Shown one piece after another: positions 18,352 through 27,708 of a DNA stretch of 37,845 nucleotides. A model generated the notes under the pieces. The model saw only the letters and a list, made by a program, of their open reading frames with translations. It ran no database searches and was not told the origin of the DNA. The stretch is from a virus (Duplodnaviria > Heunggongvirae > Uroviricota > Caudoviricetes). The position numbers were made by a program, and so were the translations under genes. The first letter of the stretch is position 1, and each line of letters opens with the position of its first letter. The stretch is from IMG/VR virus record IMGVR_UViG_2579779052_000009. The stretch is one strand, 5' to 3'.

Positions 18352-19475
18352 TATTGCATTTCCTCTTTCATTTTCAGGAACTCGGCTTCGGTTTTACCCA
18401 GCAGATGGGCGGCGGCGATATCTTCAGCCGACAGCGCAGCGGTGGCGGTCTTTTTATCCGGCACGGTTACGGTGTCGGTCTGAAGAGTGGTCAGAGCCGC
18501 AACCGGCTGGCGGGCGTCAAGCTGTGCAGAAAGTGCCGCAACACCAATCTGTTGTCCGAGTCCTTCCATGTATCCGCGTTCGCTTTTGAAAATGCGTCCT
18601 TCGGACTCGGCCTTATCCAGCAACTGCTCCAGCGTGGTGCTGCCGTGTTGTGCCGACAACGCGACATATTCGGTACGCAGGGCGTTATACGTCTCAACGG
18701 GCACGTATTTCGTCAGATCAATAGTGCCGCCAGTTGGTGTGCCTTTTGCGGTTTCCAGCTCTGCCGACAGGCTGGCAACCTGCGTTTTCAGGGTGTCGTG
18801 CGCATCCGCACGGGTTTTGATCCCGGTAAGGGCAGACAGCGCCGCCGTGCCCAGTTCCGGTGTAAATTCGTCACCGTCGGCCACGGTCAGACCGAGCGCC
18901 GTCAGCAACTGGCGTAATTGCTCATTCATGGAGGTGTCCTTTAAAGGAGGGTTTAAGGCGTTATAAAGGTCATCCGCCGACAGTGCGGCGACAGGATTCA
19001 TGCCAGTCAGACCGGGGTCACCGGTAATAGCCAGCATCCGAAGCTCAACAGGTTCACCGGTGATTTCGTCATAACCAATCACCGGGGAAAACCAGGGAAA
19101 TTCGTTATTGCGCAGGTGTTCAATGGCCGGAGGGTTCCAGTCCGGACGCACTTCAAAACCCCGCTCTTCACTGAAGCGGAAGTTTTCCGGTGAGGCCATG
19201 ACAAAACCGGCAGCCGGTGCCGGATGCCCCTTAATCAGGGTCTGGTGGTTGTAGTCAATTTTTACCGGCTGATTGAGCGCCACAACCCGGGATACCATGC
19301 GCTCAACGGCCGCATGGTTAATCAGCCAGCCTTCCGCCGGTTTTTCCGGGCGACCGTCACGGGCCTTTACCCGACCGGCTGGCATGATCTGACACCAGTC
19401 ACCGTCCCCGTCTGCGGACAGGCTGATGGCATTCAGAATGGCATAAGCAAGTTTGGGCGTGTTTTTCGTCTTCAT
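18351..19475 (-). CDS. head protease/scaffold protein (Mu I-like)
   Basis: 374 aa with an Ala/Leu-rich C-terminal half; conserved position. Confidence 0.7.
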   Translation of the reverse strand: MKTKNTPKLAYAILNAISLSADGDGDWCQIMPAGRVKARDGRPEKPAEGWLINHAAVERMVSRVVALNQPVKIDYNHQTLIKGHPAPAAGFVMASPENFRFSEERGFEVRPDWNPPAIEHLRNNEFPWFSPVIGYDEITGEPVELRMLAITGDPGLTGMNPVAALSADDLYNALNPPLKDTSMNEQLRQLLTALGLTVADGDEFTPELGTAALSALTGIKTRADAHDTLKTQVASLSAELETAKGTPTGGTIDLTKYVPVETYNALRTEYVALSAQHGSTTLEQLLDKAESEGRIFKSERGYMEGLGQQIGVAALSAQLDARQPVAALTTLQTDTVTVPDKKTATAALSAEDIAAAHLLGKTEAEFLKMKEEMQ

Positions 19476-19652
19476 TCCGGCAGCATAAGCCGGTGTTTTT
19501 CGGGGCCGGTTTTGCGGGACTTCAGAAAGTGCTGACAGGGGAAAAATGAGAAAGGCGCTTCACGCAGATTTTAAAGCCCGTTAAATACAGGTTAGAAAAT
19601 CACGACACGCGCCTGAAGAGGGTAAGGCAATGCGTTTGTATACCTTAAACCA
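19476..19652 (-). promoter_or_regulatory. ORF-free gap upstream of the I-like gene; candidate late promoter
   Basis: 177-bp gap between G and I; Mu has a C-activated late promoter in front of I. Confidence 0.3.
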
Positions 19653-20126
19653 TTACGGCGTTTCTGTGGCCTTTTTAAAGCGTTTTCTGATTTCGTCCAT
19701 GATCTCCTGTTCTGCCACCTGATCAAAGCCCATATACGGACGTGCGCCAATGGCCGCCGGTCCCGGTGGCATACCAGGCAGGCCACCCCACTGATGAATG
19801 GCCGCATAAGGTTCATTTGATCCAATCAGCGCCCAGGTATCGCCATAATCCGTGGTCAGGCGGCGGGCCAGATCGCCGTTCAGTGTCAGGATTTTTCCGG
19901 GCGTGTATCCCTTACGGGTACGCCACTTGCGGTAAGGATCTGACCAGTCATGCCAGCGTTCGCCGTCCGGCTCTTTTTCCTGTTCAAACGCCATTTCTGA
20001 CGATGACAGAAGACTCTCCGCCACACTGCGGGCCAGGTCTTTTCCGCCGCCCACAAACTGAAGCCGGGCAAACACCCGCTGGAGACGCGTAACGTCAACA
20101 ACGACAGCGGCATCAATGGATGACAT
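19653..20126 (-). CDS. virion morphogenesis protein (Mu G-like)
   Basis: 157 aa between the F-like and I-like genes. Confidence 0.7.
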   Translation of the reverse strand: MSSIDAAVVVDVTRLQRVFARLQFVGGGKDLARSVAESLLSSSEMAFEQEKEPDGERWHDWSDPYRKWRTRKGYTPGKILTLNGDLARRLTTDYGDTWALIGSNEPYAAIHQWGGLPGMPPGPAAIGARPYMGFDQVAEQEIMDEIRKRFKKATETP

Positions 20127-20162
20127 ATTGCCTCCGCATAAAGGATGAATATAAAATAAACA

Positions 20163-20249
20163 GGCGGTCAGTGTACGCTTAACTGGTAAAGTCGGTGCCT
20201 GCCTCCGGGTGGATCATGTATGCGGGTTCGACCCCCGCCACTGACCGTT
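20163..20249. other. structured element in the F-G intergenic gap
   Basis: GGTCAGTG at about 20166-20173 pairs with CACTGACC at about 20239-20246 and encloses a GCGGG-TTCGACC-CCCGC hairpin. Confidence 0.3.
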
Positions 20250-21579
20250 AATCAATTTGTCCTTCCAGCACCTCAAGCATTCCGCCCCGGATATCCGATT
20301 TCAGCTTATCCATATTGATAACCCGGTAAGCATTCACAATCACATCCAGTTTGTCGGGCTGACGTTTCAGACTGTACGGTGCATTAACGGCAATCTGCAC
20401 ACTGCCATCCTTATTTTCCACGATATACATCAGATTTTTGTGCCGTTTGTCCCACAGCACCGCTTTTGGCTTTGCCAGCATTGCCGGTAAGCGCCCGAAG
20501 TCCTCTGGCATCAGGGCGATGCCGTCATTCTGATGTTTCACACTGTCTGCATGGAGCACATTTTTACCGCTCATCGCCAGCAGGCGGGCCGGTGGCGTTC
20601 CCGTCCGGCTTTCCACTGCCTGCGCAATGCTTTCAGTCATAAAGCCCAGCGTGCGGATATCGTTACCACCTCGCCGGGTCTGCATGATGTTTTTTGCCCA
20701 GATGCGGAACGCCAGCTGCCGCTCCGGGCTGTTGTTCATCTCCTGAACCACCATTTCCCGTAACGCCGGGCTTTTCACCTCGATCAGTTTGCGGATCAGC
20801 GCCTGGTCTGTGCCGAACGCTGCCGAGCCGGGGTTATATGACCAGCCCACATCCGGTGTCATGGTTCTGGTGCCATCTGAATATGTGGTCACCGGCATTT
20901 CTCTGACTTCTCCGGTCTGTTTATCCACGCCAGCCTCAACATTGCGGGTGGAGAGATGATCCTCACCGGATGAAACGGATAACCCCATTGCATCCAGACG
21001 AGCCTGAGACAATGGCCGCACACGGCAGCGGCAGTTCCAGCCATTAGGTGGGTAGTGTGTTTTCCAGAACGGATCGTCATAGCGGAATACCAGACCGTTA
21101 AGGGCGGAATGCGACGGGCGGGTACGGCTGTCCATGACCGCCACATACTGCCAGAACGGATGCGTGTCCGTGTTGTTCATCATCTGCGTGTAACGCCCGG
21201 CATTGTAAGCCACCCGGGTGTTCACGTTGTAAATCAGCGCCAGACGACGGGGACTGCCCAGTTGCACTTCTTCCGCGTTACCGTCGCTGTCCACCACAAT
21301 CTGCTTTCCCCACCATCCCAGCTTTTGCAGGCGTGGCGTCAGCGTGCGGATAAATGCTTTCTGTGAAATTCCCTCATCAATGGCCCGCTGCACTTCGGCC
21401 TGTAACGTGGTCACCACATCCAGGCGTGCCGCTTTTGCTGCCGTGAATGAGCGGGCATGAACATCCGCGGCTGTTTCGAACCAGTTCCAGCTGATATGCG
21501 CCCCTTTGACACGGAAGTATGCTACCGCCTCTTTTGAGGGAAGCGTGGCGGCATAACCTAAATCAATCCCCTGTGTCAT
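20248..21579 (-). CDS. head morphogenesis protein (Mu F-like)
   Basis: 443 aa following the portal gene with a 17-nt overlap. Confidence 0.75.
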   Translation of the reverse strand: MTQGIDLGYAATLPSKEAVAYFRVKGAHISWNWFETAADVHARSFTAAKAARLDVVTTLQAEVQRAIDEGISQKAFIRTLTPRLQKLGWWGKQIVVDSDGNAEEVQLGSPRRLALIYNVNTRVAYNAGRYTQMMNNTDTHPFWQYVAVMDSRTRPSHSALNGLVFRYDDPFWKTHYPPNGWNCRCRVRPLSQARLDAMGLSVSSGEDHLSTRNVEAGVDKQTGEVREMPVTTYSDGTRTMTPDVGWSYNPGSAAFGTDQALIRKLIEVKSPALREMVVQEMNNSPERQLAFRIWAKNIMQTRRGGNDIRTLGFMTESIAQAVESRTGTPPARLLAMSGKNVLHADSVKHQNDGIALMPEDFGRLPAMLAKPKAVLWDKRHKNLMYIVENKDGSVQIAVNAPYSLKRQPDKLDVIVNAYRVINMDKLKSDIRGGMLEVLEGQID

Positions 21580-23152
21580 CCAGCATCCCCTTCATTTCCG
21601 CAGCAAACATGGCATCACTGAGCAGCGTCATCAGGCGGGAATCATCCATTTCACGATAAAGGGCAGGCAGGTCTGCCAGCGCATCCGCCAGCCCCCGCGT
21701 TCTGATGGCATCAATGACCGGCTCCAGTACCGGGTCGATGGCCTCCTGTAAGCGGCGGGCAGGCACCGCGTCCCCCATATCATCCAGTTCATCACGCGGC
21801 GTGCTTTTCGCTTCCGGCAGTCTGGCTGACAGCGCCGTCTGCTCTGTTTTTTCCTGTTTTTCCGGTGGTGTTTCCCTGTCGGTCTGAGCCGGTTCATTGC
21901 CACTCTGACGGACACGGAATATGGCTTCACCGGGCGTGGGCTGCGGAATACCGGTCTGCTCACGTATCCAGGGATCAGAAATATCCATCCCCGTACTGAG
22001 CTGCATCACCGCACTGGTGATTTTGGTGATATCACCTGGTTCTTTTGTCTGGAAGCAGATACGTGGCAGACGGCGGATATCAATAGTGTGCGTGGTGTTC
22101 AGGGCGTACAGCGGATACACCAGATCGCGGTTCAGGGTTGCAGCCAGCTGTCGTAAATCAGAATCCCTGATTTCCCGGCGCACCTCGTTATGTACCTCAC
22201 CCAGTGAGCGCGCGCCTTTGTCTCCGGCTTCCGTGGTCAGCGTGCCGCCGAGTATTGCTTTGGAGATGGAACGCTCCCCCCACGAAATCATGGTTTCAAA
22301 CGGATCGGCCTGACCGTTCGCTGCCGCCTGAAACTCCAGCGACATCCCGGCCGGGATGATCCCGCCTGTACGTCGCCCGATATCCATCCCCGCCCGCATC
22401 AGGGCACTTTTCTGCTCCGGTGTTGCCCCGGACGGGTATTTCCCGACCTTCATCGGCAGGCCGTACACCTCCAGAAATTCCGCCAGATCGCGCACGGAAT
22501 AGTTTTTGAAAATGAACGGCCAGATAAGCGTCCGGACAAGCCCGGTTGCACCACCGTAACCGGTGCGTGAACGCGACTGATGCACTATCCAGCCAAAGGG
22601 CTGAAACGCCACCCCGGAATGGCTGCCGTCACGCAGCCGCAGTTCGCTCAAATCATCCGGGTTAAGGCAGAAATGCCCGCTGTCACGCCAGCGGATGGCG
22701 CGGATGATGTGCATTTTACCGAGCATCCCGTGCTCAATTTCCATGCAGGAATAGCCCTTCAGGATGGCATCCGTGGCGTCAAACAGCATGGCATCAAACC
22801 AGTCTGCGGAATGCAGATATTCGTCGAGCATTTCCGCGTCCTTTTTCTCATTCGCGCTGGCGTTCGGTGGCGGCTCAATACTCCATGGCACCCCCTGAAT
22901 GGCAAGACGTCGCTTGCCCAGCTCCGCAAAAAGGTGGGTGTCCTTTTCTTCAATATCAGCGGCCAGATCGGACTGGGCAATCAGATCGCCACGTTCAGCC
23001 CCGCGAAGGCACTGCGCCGCCCGGTTCGGGGTGATACCCGAAGCCGGATGTTCAATATAACGGCTGGCAATCTGCGGAATATCCAGCGCGGCACTCTGCA
23101 TCTCCGGGTCAAAGGAGAAAGGTTTTCCGTCAGTATCAATGATGCGTCCCAC
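21563..23152 (-). CDS. portal protein (Mu gp29-like)
   Basis: 529 aa immediately after the large terminase with start/stop overlap. Confidence 0.8.
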   Translation of the reverse strand: MGRIIDTDGKPFSFDPEMQSAALDIPQIASRYIEHPASGITPNRAAQCLRGAERGDLIAQSDLAADIEEKDTHLFAELGKRRLAIQGVPWSIEPPPNASANEKKDAEMLDEYLHSADWFDAMLFDATDAILKGYSCMEIEHGMLGKMHIIRAIRWRDSGHFCLNPDDLSELRLRDGSHSGVAFQPFGWIVHQSRSRTGYGGATGLVRTLIWPFIFKNYSVRDLAEFLEVYGLPMKVGKYPSGATPEQKSALMRAGMDIGRRTGGIIPAGMSLEFQAAANGQADPFETMISWGERSISKAILGGTLTTEAGDKGARSLGEVHNEVRREIRDSDLRQLAATLNRDLVYPLYALNTTHTIDIRRLPRICFQTKEPGDITKITSAVMQLSTGMDISDPWIREQTGIPQPTPGEAIFRVRQSGNEPAQTDRETPPEKQEKTEQTALSARLPEAKSTPRDELDDMGDAVPARRLQEAIDPVLEPVIDAIRTRGLADALADLPALYREMDDSRLMTLLSDAMFAAEMKGMLDDTGD

Positions 23153-24816
23153 TACCAGCCCCCCCGATCAAATTCATGATATGCCTCATCGTCATCACGA
23201 TAACCGCCCTCCATTGCCCGCGACCGCTCCGGTAGCGCCTGACAGGCTGATTCATCCAGGATGAAGCCCTCCATGTATGACGCCCGGTTTGCCATACAGA
23301 GCGCCACGGCAAAATCACCATGGCGGCGGGCGTTCGCAGCCGTTGCGTTCTGGTCCTTCGTGCGCCCCTTGTCGATTTGCGGGATACCATTCACTACCTT
23401 CACATGGCGCAAATCATCAAGCGTGGTCTGATGGCGGGCGACGAGGATATTCTGATCTTCAAACTCGGCTTTCAGTTTTGGCATCCACTCGCCGTACCAC
23501 TTCGGCGACAACATCACGCAGTCGATGATGTCCGGGCCAAAGGCCAGCAGTGCGGCCTCTGCCAGATAGCCGCCGTTACCGGTGGCGTCGAACGCCGCAC
23601 CGACCAGCGCCGGAACGCGGGTCAGGATGTACATCATCACCTGTTCCTGCTGGGCATACGGCAGGTTGCGCAGCTCCACGCGAAACACCTCGCGCTTTGC
23701 CAGGGATTCGGTGATTTCCAGCAGCACAAAGCAGGACAGGTCACCGGTGCGGGCAAAGTCTTCCCCGAAGCTGAAGCGGGAACGGGGATTTAATTTCTCT
23801 AAAAGCGGTTTTAAATGTTCTTCACACCAGGTTAAAACTTCCGATTCACGCAGCCATGCGGCACGGCTGATGAAGTTGTCCGGGGCTTCAAACGTCAGAA
23901 TCGGGATGTCGCGGATCATCGCCATTTCAATAAGCGCGTGGGGGATATAGGCACCGCCGGATTTTTTCGGGATACAGCCGTATTCCTCGTCGGCATCCTC
24001 ACGGGTCGGGGCATTTTTGTAGAGATCATCACGCCATTTCTGCTCGCTTTCCGGTGACCATTCCTGATCGGTGACGTAACAGATACGACGGTACAGCCCG
24101 TCCGCAATGGCATCATCCAGGGTTATGCGGTGGACGCTGTAATCCTTGCGCCCCTCGCGGGCTTCCTGAATGTACTGATTAAACAGATTATCGACGCCGT
24201 TATGCGTGGAGATAATACGCACGCGCGCGCCCCACATAGTGAGCGCCATTGCCGCCTTGAGAAGTTCATCCAGCGACTCGTGGAACGCGGCTTCATCAAT
24301 CACCACATCCCCCTGAAGGCCGCGCAGGTTTGACGGACGGGAAGACAATGCCTGAATTTTGAATCCACTGTTCGGAAAGCGGATCATGTAGGTCAAAATT
24401 TCTTCTTTTTTATCCCGATCCCAGAATGTCTGCTCATACACATCAGCATCTGCCAGCTGGTTAAAGGCACGGGAGAACAGCGCGCAGGCAGAAATATATT
24501 CCAGCGCCATCTCCTGCTTTGATCCCACATAAAACACATTGCGGCCACCACGACGCTTCGGTTTTGCAGCAGTAATGACGTTACGCCCGGCTTCCGCCCA
24601 GGTAAGACCGGTGCGGCGGGATTTTTCCGCAATGCAGACCTGACTTTCATCCTCAAACCAGCGGGCCTGATAATCCAGAAACACCGGCATATCACCGGGC
24701 AAATCAAGTCTGTCCGGCACATCCACGCCCAGCAGGGCTTTTTCACCGGACAGATCAATTTTGCGGGGAGGCGTCATTTGTATCAGTGAAGGAGACGTTT
24801 CTTTGGCTTTGTTCAT
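23152..24816 (-). CDS. terminase large subunit (Mu gp28-like)
   Basis: 554 aa; position between the gp27-like and portal genes. Confidence 0.8.
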   Translation of the reverse strand: MNKAKETSPSLIQMTPPRKIDLSGEKALLGVDVPDRLDLPGDMPVFLDYQARWFEDESQVCIAEKSRRTGLTWAEAGRNVITAAKPKRRGGRNVFYVGSKQEMALEYISACALFSRAFNQLADADVYEQTFWDRDKKEEILTYMIRFPNSGFKIQALSSRPSNLRGLQGDVVIDEAAFHESLDELLKAAMALTMWGARVRIISTHNGVDNLFNQYIQEAREGRKDYSVHRITLDDAIADGLYRRICYVTDQEWSPESEQKWRDDLYKNAPTREDADEEYGCIPKKSGGAYIPHALIEMAMIRDIPILTFEAPDNFISRAAWLRESEVLTWCEEHLKPLLEKLNPRSRFSFGEDFARTGDLSCFVLLEITESLAKREVFRVELRNLPYAQQEQVMMYILTRVPALVGAAFDATGNGGYLAEAALLAFGPDIIDCVMLSPKWYGEWMPKLKAEFEDQNILVARHQTTLDDLRHVKVVNGIPQIDKGRTKDQNATAANARRHGDFAVALCMANRASYMEGFILDESACQALPERSRAMEGGYRDDDEAYHEFDRGGW

Positions 24817-25064
24817 CAGGCTTTACCTGTCAGAATGCTTTTGATTCGGAACTCAAGCTCTTCAGTCATCACGTCCACGCCACTCAACTCATCAGTGACA
24901 GCCTCTGCCAGCAGCGAATGCAGTTGTTCCAGGGATATTTCCCCGGCAATGCTGAGTTCAGTCAACTCACGACACGCTTTTATGGTTTCAGGAGGTAACT
25001 GTGTTGCAAGACTGAATGCCTTCTGATGAGCACTACTCATCAGTGAGCGGTTATCTGTTACCAC
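24816..25064 (-). CDS. small protein sharing the gp27 C-terminal segment
   Basis: C-terminus AVTDELSGVDVMTEELEFRIKSILTGKA is near-identical in pattern to the gp27 C-terminus; AGGAGG 6 nt upstream of a GTG start; its stop overlaps the terminase ATG (TGATG). Confidence 0.5.
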   Translation of the reverse strand: MVTDNRSLMSSAHQKAFSLATQLPPETIKACRELTELSIAGEISLEQLHSLLAEAVTDELSGVDVMTEELEFRIKSILTGKA

Positions 25065-25074
25065 GATTCACCTC

Positions 25075-25656
25075 CTACGCCTTACCAAGCAGCATCTGCC
25101 TGATACGGAATTCTATCTGCTCGCTCATGCCATCCACGCCGCGCAACTCGTCGGTGACGGCGTTCGCCATCTCTTCAGCAAATGCGGCCCGGATTTCTTT
25201 TTCACGCTTAATACTGCGCTCGGCGGCACTTTCTGCACGCTGTGCCGACAGGAGGATGTCCTTGATGAGGCGCATATCCACATCGCTGTCGCTGTTCAGG
25301 GATTCGGTGGCGGCACGCAGACGGCGGTACATCAGGGCACGGGACATCTCCAGAATCAGTGCCGTGGTTTCACCGGTCGGCTTATCCCCCAGTTCGGCCA
25401 TCATGGCTTTTGTCTGCTCGCGTAAATCACGCAGATTACGGGCAATCAGCTCATTACGGGAGGCTTCCCGGCTGATGGCCGCCGGTGAAAGCTGCTGCTC
25501 TTCCGGCAGGCCTGCCTCACGGATCAGACGGTTGATTTCCTCGCGGATCTGGACCTGCGTCAGGCGTTTTTCACGCAGCATTTCCAGCAGCGGCTTACGG
25601 ATGCTGTCGGGGAGCAAATCCACCTTGCGTACACGGCCACGCGTCGGCTTATCCAT
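25075..25656 (-). CDS. Mu gp27-like protein (putative terminase small subunit)
   Basis: 193 aa, Arg/Glu-rich helical protein immediately upstream of the large terminase. Confidence 0.65.
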   Translation of the reverse strand: MDKPTRGRVRKVDLLPDSIRKPLLEMLREKRLTQVQIREEINRLIREAGLPEEQQLSPAAISREASRNELIARNLRDLREQTKAMMAELGDKPTGETTALILEMSRALMYRRLRAATESLNSDSDVDMRLIKDILLSAQRAESAAERSIKREKEIRAAFAEEMANAVTDELRGVDGMSEQIEFRIRQMLLGKA

Positions 25657-25658
25657 CG

Positions 25659-25949
25659 TTACCCCCTTGCGCGTGGTTTCTTCACACCCGGAACAGTGGC
25701 ACGACCTTCCGCCACATCCTGACCCCGGCCGGTCAGTTCAGCGATGAAATAACCGTTAACAAGCGTGCGCTTACGCACCAGTCCCTGCTCAGCAAGCCAG
25801 GCAATGTGGGTGTGAACGGTGTCGCGGGACACGCGGTGGCCGTAATCATCCAGGCAGTCCTGAAGCACGGATTCGCCCAGTTCGCCGTTGTAATCCGCCA
25901 GCGACCGCAGAATGACAAGACGCTGATCTTCAGTAATGAAATCACTCAT
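25659..25949 (-). CDS. small winged-helix-like protein (Mu gp26 position)
   Basis: 96 aa; position upstream of gp27. Confidence 0.45.
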   Translation of the reverse strand: MSDFITEDQRLVILRSLADYNGELGESVLQDCLDDYGHRVSRDTVHTHIAWLAEQGLVRKRTLVNGYFIAELTGRGQDVAEGRATVPGVKKPRARG

Positions 25950-26253
25950 TGTGTTTTTTCCTTACAGCCTGCTCCAGCAGCAGTTCGTTCTGGTGGGAGA
26001 CGGATTTCAGGGTGGCATTGGTGGCCTTAAGCTCACCGCGCAGGGTGGTGATTTCGATATTGAGTCTGTTCACCTCCTGCTGCGTGGGCAGGCCGGAAAT
26101 CCGGCTCTCCACCCGCTCAACCCGGTCGGAGAGTTTTTCAAAGGCCTCGCGGGGGACAAAGGTTTTGCGCATCAGCGCCATAAAGATCCCCCCGGCCGTG
26201 GCTGTTGCCGACAGGATCGGCACGACATAATCTTTAACGATGCTGACCCACAT
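25942..26253 (-). CDS. membrane/coiled-coil protein (Mu gp25 position), candidate holin-like
   Basis: N-terminal hydrophobic segment VVPILSATATAGGIFMAL followed by a coiled-coil-like region. Confidence 0.45.
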   Translation of the reverse strand: MWVSIVKDYVVPILSATATAGGIFMALMRKTFVPREAFEKLSDRVERVESRISGLPTQQEVNRLNIEITTLRGELKATNATLKSVSHQNELLLEQAVRKKHNE

Positions 26254-26461
26254 GACCGGCCTCCATGATGCTCTGGCAGTTCACACAACGGATGGCATCC
26301 GGCACGGCAACCAGACGGGCGGCCGGAATGTCACCCCCGCAGTCTGCGCATACACGCCTGCCCGGAGTCTCCTCCACCCGGCACTTACGTGTCAGCCGGT
26401 CACAAAGGGCGCGTTCTGTTGCCCGCTCCACGACTGCCTGAGCACAATCTGAATCATCCAT
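26234..26461 (-). CDS. TraR/DksA-family C4 zinc-finger protein
   Basis: C-terminal CADCGGDIP...CVNCQ four-cysteine motif; start at internal ATG with AAGGA Shine-Dalgarno, giving a 75-aa product typical of TraR. Confidence 0.6.
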   Translation of the reverse strand: MDDSDCAQAVVERATERALCDRLTRKCRVEETPGRRVCADCGGDIPAARLVAVPDAIRCVNCQSIMEAGHVGQHR

Positions 26462-26471
26462 ACCTTTTTCC

Positions 26472-26843
26472 TTACTTCGTCTTTCCTGCCGGAACAGCAG
26501 TCGTTCCGGCCATATCAGTAAATTCATGCTGTCGCTGTACCTCCAGACGGCGGATGCTGGCCTTGTCCACGTTGCAGTTCTTAATCACCGCCAGCAGTTG
26601 CAGGTTGTAAGTGACCGATGCGCCAAACGTGAACGGCTGCGGCACAGGAGGAACCAGACAGTCAGCCAGCCATTCAGCGGGGATCGGCACCGGCTTCACC
26701 GGCACGTATTTCACAGACGGCCCGCCGCACCCGGTCAGCCACATCATCAGGCACAGGAACAGAGGCCGCAGGCACCGTTGCCAGCGACCGGCGGACAATG
26801 CTCTGCTGTTCCTCGCTGTGCTGCATGTTCTGCTGTTTTTCAT
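26472..26843 (-). CDS. outer-membrane spanin lipoprotein (Rz1-like), start uncertain
   Basis: Lipobox LTGC within a signal-like segment and Pro-rich mature part; embedded out of frame in the i-spanin. Confidence 0.45.
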   Translation of the reverse strand: MKNSRTCSTARNSRALSAGRWQRCLRPLFLCLMMWLTGCGGPSVKYVPVKPVPIPAEWLADCLVPPVPQPFTFGASVTYNLQLLAVIKNCNVDKASIRRLEVQRQHEFTDMAGTTAVPAGKTK

Positions 26844-27072
26844 TCGTGGCCGCCTTACTGATTTGTGAAATGAGTTGCAGGGTGCGTTGCTGGTTTGCCA
26901 GCACCAGACGGGCTTCGTCCCGTTCACGCACAAGCACATGATTATTGTCTTCAAGACGCTGTGTCTTCTGGTGCATTCCCCATACCACGGCAGCCAGCAC
27001 GCTCATCACCCCCAGCGCCGCCATACACCCTCCGGCAATCAGGGCCGGTAAGGGATTATTCACCGCAGCCAC
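26674..27072 (-). CDS. inner-membrane spanin (Rz-like), start uncertain
   Basis: Transmembrane segment ALIAGGCMAALGVMSVLAAVVW followed by a charged coiled-coil region; directly downstream of the endolysin. Confidence 0.45.
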   Translation of the reverse strand: MAAVNNPLPALIAGGCMAALGVMSVLAAVVWGMHQKTQRLEDNNHVLVRERDEARLVLANQQRTLQLISQISKAATNEKQQNMQHSEEQQSIVRRSLATVPAASVPVPDDVADRVRRAVCEIRAGEAGADPR

Positions 27073-27136
27073 AGCACACCCCGGAGCACCACAACGACAC
27101 ACAACAGCGCAATCATGAGTGGTCGCCAGAAGCGGT

Positions 27137-27637
27137 TCAGACTTTCGGCAAATCGTAGCGACACAACCATTCATCCGCCGAACGGCGGGCCTCAAGACCG
27201 GGGAGTTTTACCCCCTTTGAATAAATCCAGCGGATATACTGCTTACAGGACCCGGGCATCTGCCCGGCATTGATAAGGCGCAGGAGCGTGGAGTTGCGAA
27301 AGTTCGTTTCACCGGCCCAGAAAATCCAGGAGGCCAGCGCCACCGTCTGACCACGGGTAAGCGGCACCTGAACATGACGATCGATAGCCGCAAAGGCCCA
27401 TTTCATGTCCTTTTCCAGCAGCTCCAGACATTCTTCATCAGTTTTTGTCATCCCCGGTTTCACATCCGGGCCGGTATGGCCGTAACAGATGGTGGGGGTG
27501 CCGGTGGGATCAATGTACGTGGTGTTTTCTTTCCCTTCCCAGTAGCCGGTGTAGTGCGTGGCAATGGTGAACGTCCCGGCTCCGGCCAGAACAAGGGCAA
27601 TCAGCTTTTTACGCAGGGGTGCGGGGAGTTTTGGCAT
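27137..27637 (-). CDS. endolysin, lysozyme-like with SAR-type N-terminus
   Basis: Lysozyme-like Glu/Asp/Thr spacing (EGKENTTYIDPTGTPT) after a weakly hydrophobic Gly/Ala-rich N-terminal segment LIALVLAGAGTFTIAT. Confidence 0.75.
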   Translation of the reverse strand: MPKLPAPLRKKLIALVLAGAGTFTIATHYTGYWEGKENTTYIDPTGTPTICYGHTGPDVKPGMTKTDEECLELLEKDMKWAFAAIDRHVQVPLTRGQTVALASWIFWAGETNFRNSTLLRLINAGQMPGSCKQYIRWIYSKGVKLPGLEARRSADEWLCRYDLPKV

Positions 27638-27708
27638 TGTTACGCTGTCTCATGGTGTTCTCTGAGTCAGCGTAACCGTGGGAAAAAGTGGGCAGGATTT
27701 GCGGAATA

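Noticed and set aside
20167-20246. Possible tRNA gene
   Set aside because: Acceptor-like and T-arm-like pairings are present, but no acceptable D or anticodon arms and the length is atypical; reported only as a structured element.
25016-25747. 243-aa + strand ORF, Ser/Arg-rich
   Set aside because: Lies antisense to the gp27 and gp26 genes; low-complexity composition is the usual artefact of reading GC-rich coding DNA on the wrong strand.
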